Position numbers and translations under genes: made by a program. 64,000 nt of DNA, taken from a bacterium. GTDB taxonomy: Bacteria > RBG-13-61-14 > DATKZS01. How positions within the stretch are numbered: the stretch's first letter is position 1; every line of letters begins with the position of its first letter. Below, one piece after another: positions 31,001 through 39,779 of this stretch. Location of the stretch: positions 288,001 to 352,000 of the forward strand of contig CAXXFL010000002.1 in assembly GCA_963674965.2 (NCBI GenBank), given 5' to 3'. The notes under the pieces were generated by a model that did not search any database, had not been told where the DNA came from, and saw only the letters and a program-made list of their open reading frames with translations.

Positions 31001-32755
31001 GAGATCGCCCAACTTGCCAATTACTTCCTGTAGCTCGGAGTCGTCCGCCGCCTTTTCGGCCAGGGCCTCGAGGCTTTCCTCGAGTTCCTGGACCTTGATT
31101 TCCCTGGCGTAGGATGACTCGATCTTCTCGAGCCGGCCAACGGCCTCGGCCAGGCCGTCCTTTTCCGCGGCCACGTCGGCCAGGCGGGCCAGTTTCTCCG
31201 AGACCTTGTCCAGGGCCTCGGACCGGGCGTAAAGCTCCTCTACCGCCGCCAGCCGCGTCCGGGTCTCGGCCAGGTCGCCCGAGGTTGCGTAGCTCGAGTT
31301 TATCTCTTCAACGGCCTCGCTTAGTTTTTCCAGACCGGAGACCGAGGCGTAGTCGGACTCGATGGACCCCACCAGCTCGGCCAACTCCCGGAGCTTCCCG
31401 CGGGAGGCGTACTCCGCCTCGATGGCCTCGACCTTTTGCCCGAGTCCCTCGAGATCGCTCGCGAGGGCGGACCTGTCCGACAAGGTCTCGACGTCCTCGG
31501 CCAGCCTGGAAAGGTCCCGGGCCCGGGCGTAGCTCTCGGCTATGCCGGCGACCTCGGCGGCGACCTCCTCGAGGGCCGAGCGCTCGGCGTAGGCGTTCCT
31601 TATATACTCGACCTGGCCGGCCACGAACTCGAGGATTTCCCGGTCCGCGTAGGTCTCGGCGATCATAAGTACCCGGTCGAGGATATCCTCCACCTGGAGG
31701 CGGTTGGCGAACCTCGATCCCAAGGTCTCGACGTGGTCGTAAACCTTGTCCAAAAGCCCGCGGCCCGTGTATCTCGAACGCAGCTCCTCGATCCGCGCGG
31801 AAAGTTTTTCCACGGACTCGAGGTCGGCGTAGTCCGAGCCTATGGCCCGGACGCGATCGGCCAGCTCGGCCAGGGCCTCATTGGCGGCGGCCTCGGACTT
31901 GACCCTCTCCAGTTCCTCCTCGATCCTCGAGAGGGCCTCGGCGCCGGCCGAGGATTCGGCAAGACTCTCGACCCGCGCGGCCAACTCCTCCAACCTCGCG
32001 GCGGGGGCCGATCCCCGTTTTACGCTCTCGATCTCGCTTGCCAGTTCCTCGATCGCGCCGGGTCCGGCGGCCGTCTCGGACAGGGACTGGAGGGAGCGCT
32101 CGATATCCTGGACCTTGTCCTTGCCGACGTAGTCCTTCCTGATCTCCTCCACCGCCAGGGCGATCTCTTCCATGATCGAGCGCCGGGCGAAGGAAGACCG
32201 GTCCCGGTCCATTTCCAGGGCCAGCTTGTCCACCTTCTCGGCGGCCGCGAACTCATGGGACAGGGAATCGACGCGCCGGGTTATCTCCTCCACCAGTCGC
32301 TTCTCGGCCAGGCCGGCGGCGTCCTTTTCCCTTTTATGGCGGAGGCTTTCGAGGTCGTGTTTTATTTCAATCAGGCTTTGCTCGATGTATTTCTCGGCCT
32401 TCTCGACGTCTTCCACTTTGTCGCCCACCGTGGAGAGGCGCTCGGAAAAGGCGTGGATTTCATCGCGCAGGGTCTCGAGGAAACGGCTCCTCTTCCTCTC
32501 GCGAGGATCGGATTTGGTCTCCTCCTCGGTGAGGGCCAGGATCACCTCGGGCTCGTCCATGGCCACGAGGTCGATGAGGTTGGTGGAAAGGTCGTATAAA
32601 TCCGTCGGCGAGACGCGGATGGTATAATCGGGAAGCGTGAAGTTCTCTTCCTTTGGCGGCCGTGAACGCCTCCAGAAAAGATACCACTTTTTATTGGTCT
32701 CTTGGGGATGCCCTGGACGATTCTTTGTCATTTCCGCATAATTCCGCTCGAGCAA
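28034..32755 (-). CDS. Giant coiled-coil membrane protein with C-terminal NodB/CE4 polysaccharide deacetylase (start may be 32731)
   Basis: LTIDAG, GHEVGNHTYSH, RAPYG and ILMH motifs; one TM helix; 20-aa repeats. Confidence 0.88.
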   Translation of the reverse strand: MLERNYAEMTKNRPGHPQETNKKWYLFWRRSRPPKEENFTLPDYTIRVSPTDLYDLSTNLIDLVAMDEPEVILALTEEETKSDPRERKRSRFLETLRDEIHAFSERLSTVGDKVEDVEKAEKYIEQSLIEIKHDLESLRHKREKDAAGLAEKRLVEEITRRVDSLSHEFAAAEKVDKLALEMDRDRSSFARRSIMEEIALAVEEIRKDYVGKDKVQDIERSLQSLSETAAGPGAIEELASEIESVKRGSAPAARLEELAARVESLAESSAGAEALSRIEEELERVKSEAAANEALAELADRVRAIGSDYADLESVEKLSARIEELRSRYTGRGLLDKVYDHVETLGSRFANRLQVEDILDRVLMIAETYADREILEFVAGQVEYIRNAYAERSALEEVAAEVAGIAESYARARDLSRLAEDVETLSDRSALASDLEGLGQKVEAIEAEYASRGKLRELAELVGSIESDYASVSGLEKLSEAVEEINSSYATSGDLAETRTRLAAVEELYARSEALDKVSEKLARLADVAAEKDGLAEAVGRLEKIESSYAREIKVQELEESLEALAEKAADDSELQEVIGKLGDLASTAAAGTDLEKAVGRLERIEERYADSDEVAELSALLKKLSGDAARQKDLIEVEARVGELEKTRAGAEELAELSDKVERIEAEAARAEETAAAIEGLEALAGSKASSEDLAALAEEVGSLNKSSARAEAVERLREDIARLAEGSAAREDLERVSGRLEELGKNGATRRQVSEIEERLGELTSEVERLDLLVNVPVKPGEDRSADAEALEAFSEKLSEIQSRFVSMDDLDAMAEIIEEARGEAADKNSLEKLSRRLDKTVSDLAGLADLEKKLADLSGSFARQEDADKTRLELIEIRGLIGELSEAFEEREEQRRKLGEVEKDKRSEVSEVKLERIEKRIGEVQDKAASSDDLARLSDLVGEMSGRLDKDERSRRKMAERIDRVSSDSAREARDRLDDYSTRLLALEGRLEGMEDKIEAETAPSDLEKRLVHIEDEMARLASTLEAGQAGGGDPDSAKTREALVKAFERLASVEDEHKELKRQIRKAFENLTAYPLADLEGLKTKIANLESWRREAEKENRQDSFDVEIEGLKAKLEAVEKGQAVTEKRFETASAPLADLESVKKKLKMVEETQKRLHRPPPPGRTQTRSAREGSLTWARFMLIMIPAFLVATAVGTVAAVWWSDGRQDETEEVAMLSGGSAFSPLDQPNIIYDAIEPLLQTPTLDVASESLALSDGKVNITGYAPGADVAYLMLNNEEVAATDVVDQGFSFDEVHLAYGVNVVEVKVTDGQGNEANSMASMIERESLRMARVRHSSAVNRMRGPRDLPYLALTIDAGASKKRAEEILDVLHEKGIITTFFLTGQFIERYPEVARRIVAEGHEVGNHTYSHPHLTTFEKNRRHNTSSGVTRENLREELLKTKDLFEAATGAEMIHWWRAPYGEHNPTILAWAAEAGFKHVDWTRTPVNHDMLDWVADERSRYYLNGDKLYKRFMSIDGGVAGRANGGIILMHLGSDRRKDFIDEILPKAIDDLRQRDYQFVTISRMFSR

Positions 32756-33013
32756 AAGGAACCATCTTTATTCCGGCCCCAAAATCAATTCAAAATAATC
32801 AGTCCCAGCGGTCAGGCCAGACCCTTACCGGCGCAAAGCGCGCTTTTATTATTATATCCTTTTCTTTCGCCCGCGTAAACCCCCCCTTTTGCAAATTCTT
32901 TTTTTGAATTTGAGCCGGTTCGCGTTTCCTCGCGATCGTCCGCCCGCGTCTTCTCAAACGGCTTACCTGCTTCTTCTTGCCTTTATTAGGGAGCATAGCT
33001 AAAATTCGAGTGC

Positions 33014-33042
33014 TTGACTTTGCCGGAAAATGGCCTTAGTAT
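33014..33042 (+). promoter_or_regulatory. Sigma70 promoter of tRNA
   Basis: TTGACT-N17-TAGTAT. Confidence 0.7.
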
Positions 33043-33058
33043 GTTTTCTTACGCTTGA

Positions 33059-33135
<77 letters not shown>

Positions 33136-33144
33136 AAAAAAGTC

Positions 33145-33180
33145 AACGGGCGCGCCAACTTAAGGCGCGTCCGTTTTTTG
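33145..33180 (+). terminator. Intrinsic terminator after tRNA
   Basis: AACGGGCGCGCC..GGCGCGTCCGTT stem followed by a T run. Confidence 0.8.
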
Positions 33181-33415
33181 TGGGGGAAATTTTCCCCGCT
33201 GTTTCGGCCCGTGGTGCATTTTTGTCGTATTCGCTTCCCTTTCCGGGTTCCTTTATTTCACTTCGAGTACCTTCGAGACGTCATCGCCCGCATCGCCGAC
33301 CTCCTCCCAGATCAGTGGCGGGCCAAACAAGACCAAGCCCACCAAATATAAACATCAGCACACTCTCCCCGCCAGAAATTCATTTGCACCTAAATCGAGC
33401 GATTTTTTTATTTAT

Positions 33416-33601
33416 GAGCCTCTTGCAAAATTCCCGCTTTGGAGTGCGGCGGCTCGACGCCGCTTTTCTTCCGAGCGGCTTGACGCGAGGCAAGCCGGTG
33501 TATTAATAGGCCTTGTCAAGCCAAGGCCCTCGAAAGCGGTCTCAAGCGACCGCACTCCAAAGCGGCTATGCCGCAAAGAAAAGGACTTTTGCAAGAAGCT
33601 C
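33416..33601. mobile_element. 186-bp MITE with IS-like ends containing a REP doublet
   Basis: Ends GAGCCTCTTGCAAAA and TTTTGCAAGAAGCTC, TTAT on both sides, internal TTTGGAGTGCGG..CCGCACTCCAAA pair. Confidence 0.75.
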
Positions 33602-33628
33602 TTATGCTAATGCAAAACCCAAATGGCG

Positions 33629-33796
33629 GGGTCGCCCATGCATCCTGCATGGGCGGCGTAAGCCGCGGGCTGAGTTCCTCCCACTTTTCAGGCCTCATCC
33701 CTCTCCGTGCCGCGGCCGTGTGGAGAATAATCAACATGCGATCAACTTTTATACGCTCAGCCCGTTCGCCGCGCTCACCAACGCAAAACGCGTGGG
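33629..33796. repeat. REPIN-like element family B, copy 1 (right arm interrupted)
   Basis: Direct repeat of 33978-34150. Confidence 0.8.
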
Positions 33797-33920
33797 TGGC
33801 GCGGATAGCTCGCCTATCCACGCGGCGTAAGCCGTTGGATCGTTATGTACGCGCCCGGCGGCCCATCGCCCCCTTTCCCGCGCCTTCGGCGCCCAGATAG
33901 CGAAGCTATCCGGGCCACCC
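33794..33920. repeat. REPIN-like element family A (127 bp)
   Basis: GGGTGGCGCGGATAGCT..AGCTATCCGGGCCACCC ends; similar to 46939-47065 and 47379-47505. Confidence 0.85.
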
Positions 33921-33977
33921 GGTCTATCGCTTTTTGGGTCACCCGGGTTTTACCGTCGAGCGGGGATGGAATTGGCG

Positions 33978-34150
33978 GGGTCGCCCATGCATTCTGCGTG
34001 GGCGGCGTAGCCGCCGGCTGAGTTCCTCCCACTTTTCAGGCCTCATCCCTCTCCGTGTCGAGGCCACTAGGAGTATAATCAACATGCGATCAACCTTTAT
34101 ACGCTCAGCCCGTTCGCTTCGCTCACCCACGCAAAATGCGTGGGCGACCC
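33978..34150. repeat. REPIN-like element family B, copy 2
   Basis: 25-bp inverted ends GGGTCGCCCATGCATTCTGCGTGGG and CCCACGCAAAATGCGTGGGCGACCC. Confidence 0.8.
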
Positions 34151-34369
34151 TGATTTATGATACGGCCGGGTTTTACCGTCGAGCGGAGATGGAATTGAAG
34201 TCGTAAATTAGGGATGGACGATATTTTTTTCGGCACCGCTTACCCGCTGGAATAACTGAATTAACCATGATTGTATATCCACGCGGGCGTGATAATCCAC
34301 CGATTCGTCAACCGGCGCTCCACAAAAATGCACCCGTTTCGCCATATATAGAAGGGCATTTTTTGCGAG

Positions 34370-34546
34370 GGGTAGCCCGGATAGCTCCGCTATCTGGGCG
34401 CCGAAGGCGCGGGAAGGGAATACCAAAGGCTTGCGGGACATTTACATTTCCAAGCCTGCGGCTTACGCCGCGCGGATAGGCGAGCTATCCGCGCCACCCG
34501 GGAGGCGGCTTGGGCCGGGCGGATAGGCGAGCTATCGGCGCCACCC
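34370..34546. repeat. Family A element in inverted orientation (34370-34499) plus an extra single arm (34519-34546)
   Basis: Same GGATAGGCGAGCTATC arms with a partly different interior. Confidence 0.8.
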
Positions 34547-34567
34547 ATTTGGGGCGAGGAGGAGAAC

Positions 34568-35752
34568 ATGCTATGGTTCAAGCATGAGGTGGACGCGGGC
34601 CGGGACTGGGCCAAGAGCGAGGTGATGAAGAGGTGCGGGCTCGAGGGCTACGGGCTTTACTATTATCTTATCGAGATACTGGCCGAGCGGGCGGAGGGGG
34701 AGGAGAACCGCGCCCTGACCCTTCCCGCCGGGGCCTGGGCAAAGCGGTGCGGCCTGTCCACGGTGAAGTTCAAGCGGATCGCTCGCGTCCTGGCCCGCAA
34801 TTTCCTCATCAAACTATCCGAGACCCGGTCCGGCGAGATGACCATACAATGCCGCCGCTGGCTCTCGACTTGCCCCGAGTGCCCGGCGGTGAAAGCCGGG
34901 TTGAAGGAGCTTGACGAGTTCGACCATGGATTTTTCGGGACCCCGCCCGAGCCGGAGCACGTGGGCTATCAAATACAGACGTGGCTAAGGACCGCCAAAG
35001 TTCCCGACTATCTTGTGGACGTGCCGGACGAGGTCATCGCCGGCCTTGATGAAATGTTCGTTCCTCGCGAGCGCGCCTTCGACCTGGCCTTCAGCTTCGG
35101 CCCGACCCTTTTGATCGACGGTTTTTATTACGCCCGGGCCCACGCCGACGACGATTTCGAGGCTTTCCAGTTCCTGCTCCTGGTCTATCTTTTACGCGGC
35201 CCGGTTTACAGTCCTGTCAAAGGCAATCCATATCTGGCTGAAGTCGGAAGCGACGGCGGCCTGGCCGCAATGGCATCGATGATCGAAAAATCCGGCTGGC
35301 CGGTCTTTCGCGCTGACTTCCTCGAGTCCGACTGCGCCCGCCCCCGTGACGGTCCTTGTCTGGCCTTTGGCAAAGGACGATCGCCTTGGTGGGGCGCCCC
35401 GGCCGGTTTTGCCAAAAACCGCCCGGGGCCGGTGGAGCCGGATAGGTGTATGGGCAGGTGGGAAATACGCGGTAACGAGAAATACGCGGCCCCGTACCCA
35501 TCCCGCTTCGCGGGACCCGCGCGGTTTCTTACGAAACCGGACGGGTCACCCGGCGTCCCGCGGCTTTCACGCGATGACGGCATGGCGATCCAAGTCAGGC
35601 CCCGGCGGCGCGACCCGCCTTGCTCTTTGACAATCGAATACCGAGGGCGAGCCAGTACCCATCCGGCTCCGCCGGCCCCGGGCGGTTTCTTACGAAACCG
35701 GCCGGGCCACCGCTCTCTTTTCGCTCCTTTAAAGCCCCGGATGGGGCGATGA
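34568..35752 (+). CDS. DUF4373/Lin1244-like protein (phage replication-initiator N-terminus); C-terminus reads through repeats
   Basis: WFKH..GLEGYGLYYYLIEIL motif and GAGGAGGAG RBS; the distal part overlaps palindromic repeats. Confidence 0.55.
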   Translation: MLWFKHEVDAGRDWAKSEVMKRCGLEGYGLYYYLIEILAERAEGEENRALTLPAGAWAKRCGLSTVKFKRIARVLARNFLIKLSETRSGEMTIQCRRWLSTCPECPAVKAGLKELDEFDHGFFGTPPEPEHVGYQIQTWLRTAKVPDYLVDVPDEVIAGLDEMFVPRERAFDLAFSFGPTLLIDGFYYARAHADDDFEAFQFLLLVYLLRGPVYSPVKGNPYLAEVGSDGGLAAMASMIEKSGWPVFRADFLESDCARPRDGPCLAFGKGRSPWWGAPAGFAKNRPGPVEPDRCMGRWEIRGNEKYAAPYPSRFAGPARFLTKPDGSPGVPRLSRDDGMAIQVRPRRRDPPCSLTIEYRGRASTHPAPPAPGGFLRNRPGHRSLFAPLKPRMGR

Positions 35753-36195
35753 TCTACAGCCCAGGGTGGAGGACGCGCTCCGCGTCCGTAACCCTGGGTA
35801 TGAGATCAAGCAAGAACCCGAGCGCTGAAGGCGCGGCGCAAAATTTCCAGCCAGGAAGATGGCCGTATTTTACCGGGCCTTTCCTCATTTTCGCCGTCCC
35901 TTTGGGACTCATTTGTTTATCGTCATCTTCTCCCAGGGTTTCGGCCGCCAATCGCGGCCTTCACCCTGGGCTATAGACCGCCGTCCCTACGGGACTTATA
36001 GGGGAACCAACATTGCTAACGGCGGGATGGCCCGGCCGGTTTTGCAAAAACCGCCCGGGGACGGCGGAGCCGGATAGGTACATTGGCAAGACGTCGGAGA
36101 ACGATGGAAAGAAACGGTAACGAGAGATGAGCGGCTCCATAGCCATCCCGCTTCGCGGGACCCGCGCGGTTTCCGCGAAAACCGGACGGGCCACC
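35395..36195. repeat. Cluster of family C palindromes (about 5 arms) and a family D doublet (about 35732-35997)
   Basis: Recurrent CCGGCCGGTTTT..AAAACCGCCCGGGG..GGAGCCGGATAGGT and CATCCCGCTTCGCGGGACCCGCGCGGTTTC; paired CCCAGGGT..ACCCTGGG hairpins. Confidence 0.75.
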
Positions 36196-36336
36196 GCCGG
36201 GCCGCCCATAAAATGACGCCCTGAAAAAGGGCTTGCCAAATGACCATAAGTTACGATAAGATATAGATGGTGAATTTTACGGGTTGCGCTTTTGCCGATC
36301 GCGGTCAAGCGGAATAAGTGGAAGCAGAGGAAGGAC

Positions 36337-37815
36337 ATGAAGCAAAAACCTGGGTCGATTATTCTCGCCGCTTTTCTTCTCTCTTTATGGGCGCTGTGCG
36401 CGGCGCGTCCGGCGGATGGACCGCCATCGAGGGCCAATCAGGACGATCCTATTATAGCGGGAGCGGATGACGCCATCGCGGGAGTCATTTCCGGCAGGAA
36501 AGATTGCTCGGAGACGGACGGAGCCGATGAACCAGGGCCGGGAGATTCCGACCCCATCAAAAGCATCGGCGTTCTGTCCTCCCCCGAAAGCTCGCCCGAG
36601 CCCGCGTCGGAGCGGACGGACTGGATACCCCTTCCCGACCAGGCCCGGGTGCTGAGCGTCCGTTACTGGTCGAACAAGGACTACACCAGGGTCGTGATCG
36701 AGCTGGACCGGGAGGTACCTTACGAGGCGCCTCATCTGCTAAAGCCCGACTCGGAGCTTGGCACCTCCCACCGCCTTTACATCGACTTCAAAGGCGCGTC
36801 CATCGACCAGTCCATGCGCAAGGAGGTCACGCCCGAGGCCGGGTGCTTCACCCTGCCCATTGGAGACGGGCTCCTGAAAAAGGCCCGGGCCGGACAGTAT
36901 CTGCCGGACGTGTCCCGCGTGGTGCTGGACATCGAGAGGCTGGACCATTTCAAGGCCTTTCCCCTGCCGGGTTCTCCCTTCCGGTACGTGATCGACGTCT
37001 ACGGGGAGGCCGAGCCCATGAACCTGGCCAAGCTCCTCGAGAGGGGGGCCAAGATACCGGAGGTCCCCAAGGCCGCGGACCATCCGGCTTCTCCCTTAAA
37101 AGGCGCAAGCGGGAAATACATCATCGTGCTCGATCCGGGACACGGGGGCAAGGACCCCGGGGCCGTGGGACCGAGCGGGCTCAAGGAAAAGGACGTGGTC
37201 CTGGCCATCGCCAAGAGGACCAAGACGTCCATCGAGTCGCGACGGCCGGACGTGAAGGTGGTGCTGACCAGGAGCGACGACCGTTTCATTTCCCTGGTCG
37301 AGCGCACGGCCATGGCCAACACCATGAACGCGGACCTTTTCATCTCGATCCACTCGAACGCGGCGAAGAACTCTCAGGCCATGGGCGTGGAGACCTATTA
37401 TCTGGACAACACCACTGACCGGGCGTCCCTCCGGCTGGCGGCCAAGGAGAACTTCATTGACGAGGAGAAGATGATCAAGTCCAGCGACACGACCAACCTG
37501 ATCCTGGCCGACCTCATCACCAACAGCAAGGTCGAGGACTCGGTCCCCCTGGCGGAGTCGATCCAGCGGGAGCTGATAAGGGGGCTGAGGCGCAACTGGA
37601 GCGACGTGCCCGACAAGGGCGTGAAGAAGGCGCCCTTTTGGGTCCTGACCGGCGCGACCATGCCCTGCGCCCTGGTCGAGGTCAGCTTCATGTCCAACCG
37701 GACGGAGGAAAAACGACTGGCCTCGAGCGCTTACCAGTCCGCGGCGGCCGAGGCCATATCCTCGGGCGTGGTCGGCTACCTCGAGTCCTATCCGCTGCTC
37801 ACGAGAGCGGATTAG
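36337..37815 (+). CDS. N-acetylmuramoyl-L-alanine amidase (AMIN plus Amidase_3)
   Basis: LDPGHGGKDPGA, FISIHSNA and LVEVSFMSN motifs. Confidence 0.93.
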   Translation: MKQKPGSIILAAFLLSLWALCAARPADGPPSRANQDDPIIAGADDAIAGVISGRKDCSETDGADEPGPGDSDPIKSIGVLSSPESSPEPASERTDWIPLPDQARVLSVRYWSNKDYTRVVIELDREVPYEAPHLLKPDSELGTSHRLYIDFKGASIDQSMRKEVTPEAGCFTLPIGDGLLKKARAGQYLPDVSRVVLDIERLDHFKAFPLPGSPFRYVIDVYGEAEPMNLAKLLERGAKIPEVPKAADHPASPLKGASGKYIIVLDPGHGGKDPGAVGPSGLKEKDVVLAIAKRTKTSIESRRPDVKVVLTRSDDRFISLVERTAMANTMNADLFISIHSNAAKNSQAMGVETYYLDNTTDRASLRLAAKENFIDEEKMIKSSDTTNLILADLITNSKVEDSVPLAESIQRELIRGLRRNWSDVPDKGVKKAPFWVLTGATMPCALVEVSFMSNRTEEKRLASSAYQSAAAEAISSGVVGYLESYPLLTRAD

Positions 37816-37946
37816 CCGCGTGAAGCGCGCGGTTCAAGAAGCAGCGGGAAGACGTTGACAGGTCCAGGCGAGAATTCCCGGATATAAGCTATTTGACAAG
37901 ACCAGCCAGGCCACGCGCTGAAAGCCAGTCATTAGATTGGGCATGA

Positions 37947-38963
37947 TCAGTCGGCGGCGCAGCGGAACCCCAAGCTGCGGCTCCTGCTGATCGGATTATA
38001 ATAGTGCCGGAACGACACGCGGGTGTTTATCAAATTGCCGTACCAGTAGCCGCCGCGCACCACGCGGGCCGCTCCCGTCGAGGGGCCGGGAGGGTCGTTG
38101 ACGATATCGTTGTCAACGCAGTACTGGTAGTAAGCGTCCGAATACCACTCGGCCGTCCACTCGAAAACGTTTCCCGTCATGTCGTAAAGACCATAGCCGT
38201 TAGGCCGATAGCTCTCCACCCGGTGAGTGTCGTTTTCCAAACCGTTGAAATCCCAGCAATAGCCCGCTGAAGTCAATCTTCCGTAACAGGCATCGGAACA
38301 TATCAGCAGGTTTCCGTGAGGATACCTGTAGCCATCCAGTCCTCCCCTGCCGGCGTACTCCCATTCAGCCTCCGTGGGAAGCCTTTTTTCGGCCCAGGCG
38401 CAGTAAGCCGCGGCCTGGTACCAGTTCACGAAAAGAACGGGAAAATCATCATAGTCGGGATTGCCGTAATAGTCGGTCCGTGTCCAACTGCCCAACGAGT
38501 TGGGCAGAGTGCACTCGCCGTCATTTACACAAGCGGCGTACTCGGCGTTAGTCGCCTCGTGTTTATCCATATAAAAATCGTAGGTGATGCAAACGCTATG
38601 CACCGGCAGTTCATCCGCTATACCTTCATTGAAGTGGTCCCCCATGTCAAAACAGCCTGAAGGGACCAACGCCATGTTATCGAGAGCGCACTCTCTGGCC
38701 TCATCAATCTCCCCGTATCCATCGTCTCCGGGACATTGGTTGTCATGGCCGTCGCAAAGTTCCCTGGCCCCGGGGTATACCGCCGAGTCGCCGTCGTCAC
38801 AGTCCACCGAGGTTCCGCATCCCCGCAGGTTGTAAAAACCGTCACCGTCGGCGTCTGAACATTCCTTTCCACAATCGCATTTGCAATCATAAGGACCCGT
38901 TTCGCATCCAACGGCAAGGAGTAAGGATAAAAAAAGAATGGCGATGAATATTGTCTTTTTCAA
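37947..38963 (-). CDS. Lipoprotein with MopE-like repeat and FGE-sulfatase (CLec) domain
   Basis: AVGC lipobox; [32 protein letters not shown]. Confidence 0.88.
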   Translation of the reverse strand: MKKTIFIAILFLSLLLAVGCETGPYDCKCDCGKECSDADGDGFYNLRGCGTSVDCDDGDSAVYPGARELCDGHDNQCPGDDGYGEIDEARECALDNMALVPSGCFDMGDHFNEGIADELPVHSVCITYDFYMDKHEATNAEYAACVNDGECTLPNSLGSWTRTDYYGNPDYDDFPVLFVNWYQAAAYCAWAEKRLPTEAEWEYAGRGGLDGYRYPHGNLLICSDACYGRLTSAGYCWDFNGLENDTHRVESYRPNGYGLYDMTGNVFEWTAEWYSDAYYQYCVDNDIVNDPPGPSTGAARVVRGGYWYGNLINTRVSFRHYYNPISRSRSLGFRCAAD

Positions 38964-39226
38964 TTTCGCTCCTTCTGCTGACTATTGCATTTCGCAGTCG
39001 GGCTCTTTTTTTTTAACATTACCATCCATGGATGTCAATGAACCGCGAGATGAGCGGCGAAATTCTACTCGAGTTTTCAGCCCTTGAGGTGTTTTATTTC
39101 GCACTTCCCGACTTGTTCTGTTCGGTATTGACGCGGCGCCTCGCATTTGCCATAGTAAAGAGGTACTGGAAAGTCTCGACGGGCCTTGCCGGAGGCGGGC
39201 CGGTTTCGAAAGAGGAGGAAGATTAA

Positions 39227-39469
39227 ATGGAGACTCTCGCCATCGCGCTTCTTGCCGCCATTATCATTCTTGGCGGAGCGATCATCATGATATTTCTTCA
39301 GTTCCTATCCGTGTCCCGCGAGACCAGGGGCATGCACCGGGAGATCATGGAGAGCATGGGCCGGCTCCAGCGCAAGGTCGACGACCTGGCGGGAAAGACC
39401 GCGTCGTCCGCGGCCCGCTCGGGAAGCGGCTCAGGGACCGATGATAACGGGGACGAAGATGAGGATTGA
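39227..39469 (+). CDS. Small membrane protein
   Basis: GAGGAGG RBS and N-terminal TM helix. Confidence 0.6.
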   Translation: METLAIALLAAIIILGGAIIMIFLQFLSVSRETRGMHREIMESMGRLQRKVDDLAGKTASSAARSGSGSGTDDNGDEDED

Positions 39470-39779
39470 AAAGGCGTTGGCTAAGGCCCCTTATATCTGG
39501 GGCCTGGTTCTTATAAATATTTATCCTTTGGCGGTCCTGGCCCAGGAGGAAGCGGCCAAGCCCAAGGCCAGTGCCGGCGGGTATCTTTTCAGCGTTTTAA
39601 TCGTTCTATTATTGGCCGTGATCGCGACGCTGGTAACGGCCCGCTTTTTATATAAGAAGCGAGTGGAGGAAAAGGAGAAGAGCCTCTCGAGATTCTTGCT
39701 TAACGACCCCGCCACGAGAGACTTCGTGCTGAAACAAAAAACTTCCCAGGCCCCAAAAAACCATCCCGAAAATGAGTGA
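39459..39779 (+). CDS. Small membrane protein
   Basis: Two hydrophobic segments; overlaps neighbouring genes as in an operon. Confidence 0.6.
   Translation: MRIEKALAKAPYIWGLVLINIYPLAVLAQEEAAKPKASAGGYLFSVLIVLLLAVIATLVTARFLYKKRVEEKEKSLSRFLLNDPATRDFVLKQKTSQAPKNHPENE

Noticed and set aside
21055-32627. Long plus-strand ORFs opposite the che and deacetylase genes
   Set aside because: Antisense shadow ORFs typical of high-GC coding DNA; the same applies to most overlapping ORFs in the track.
33400-36210. Possible CRISPR array
   Set aside because: The repeats are long, of mixed families and orientations, with no regular unique spacers and no cas genes.
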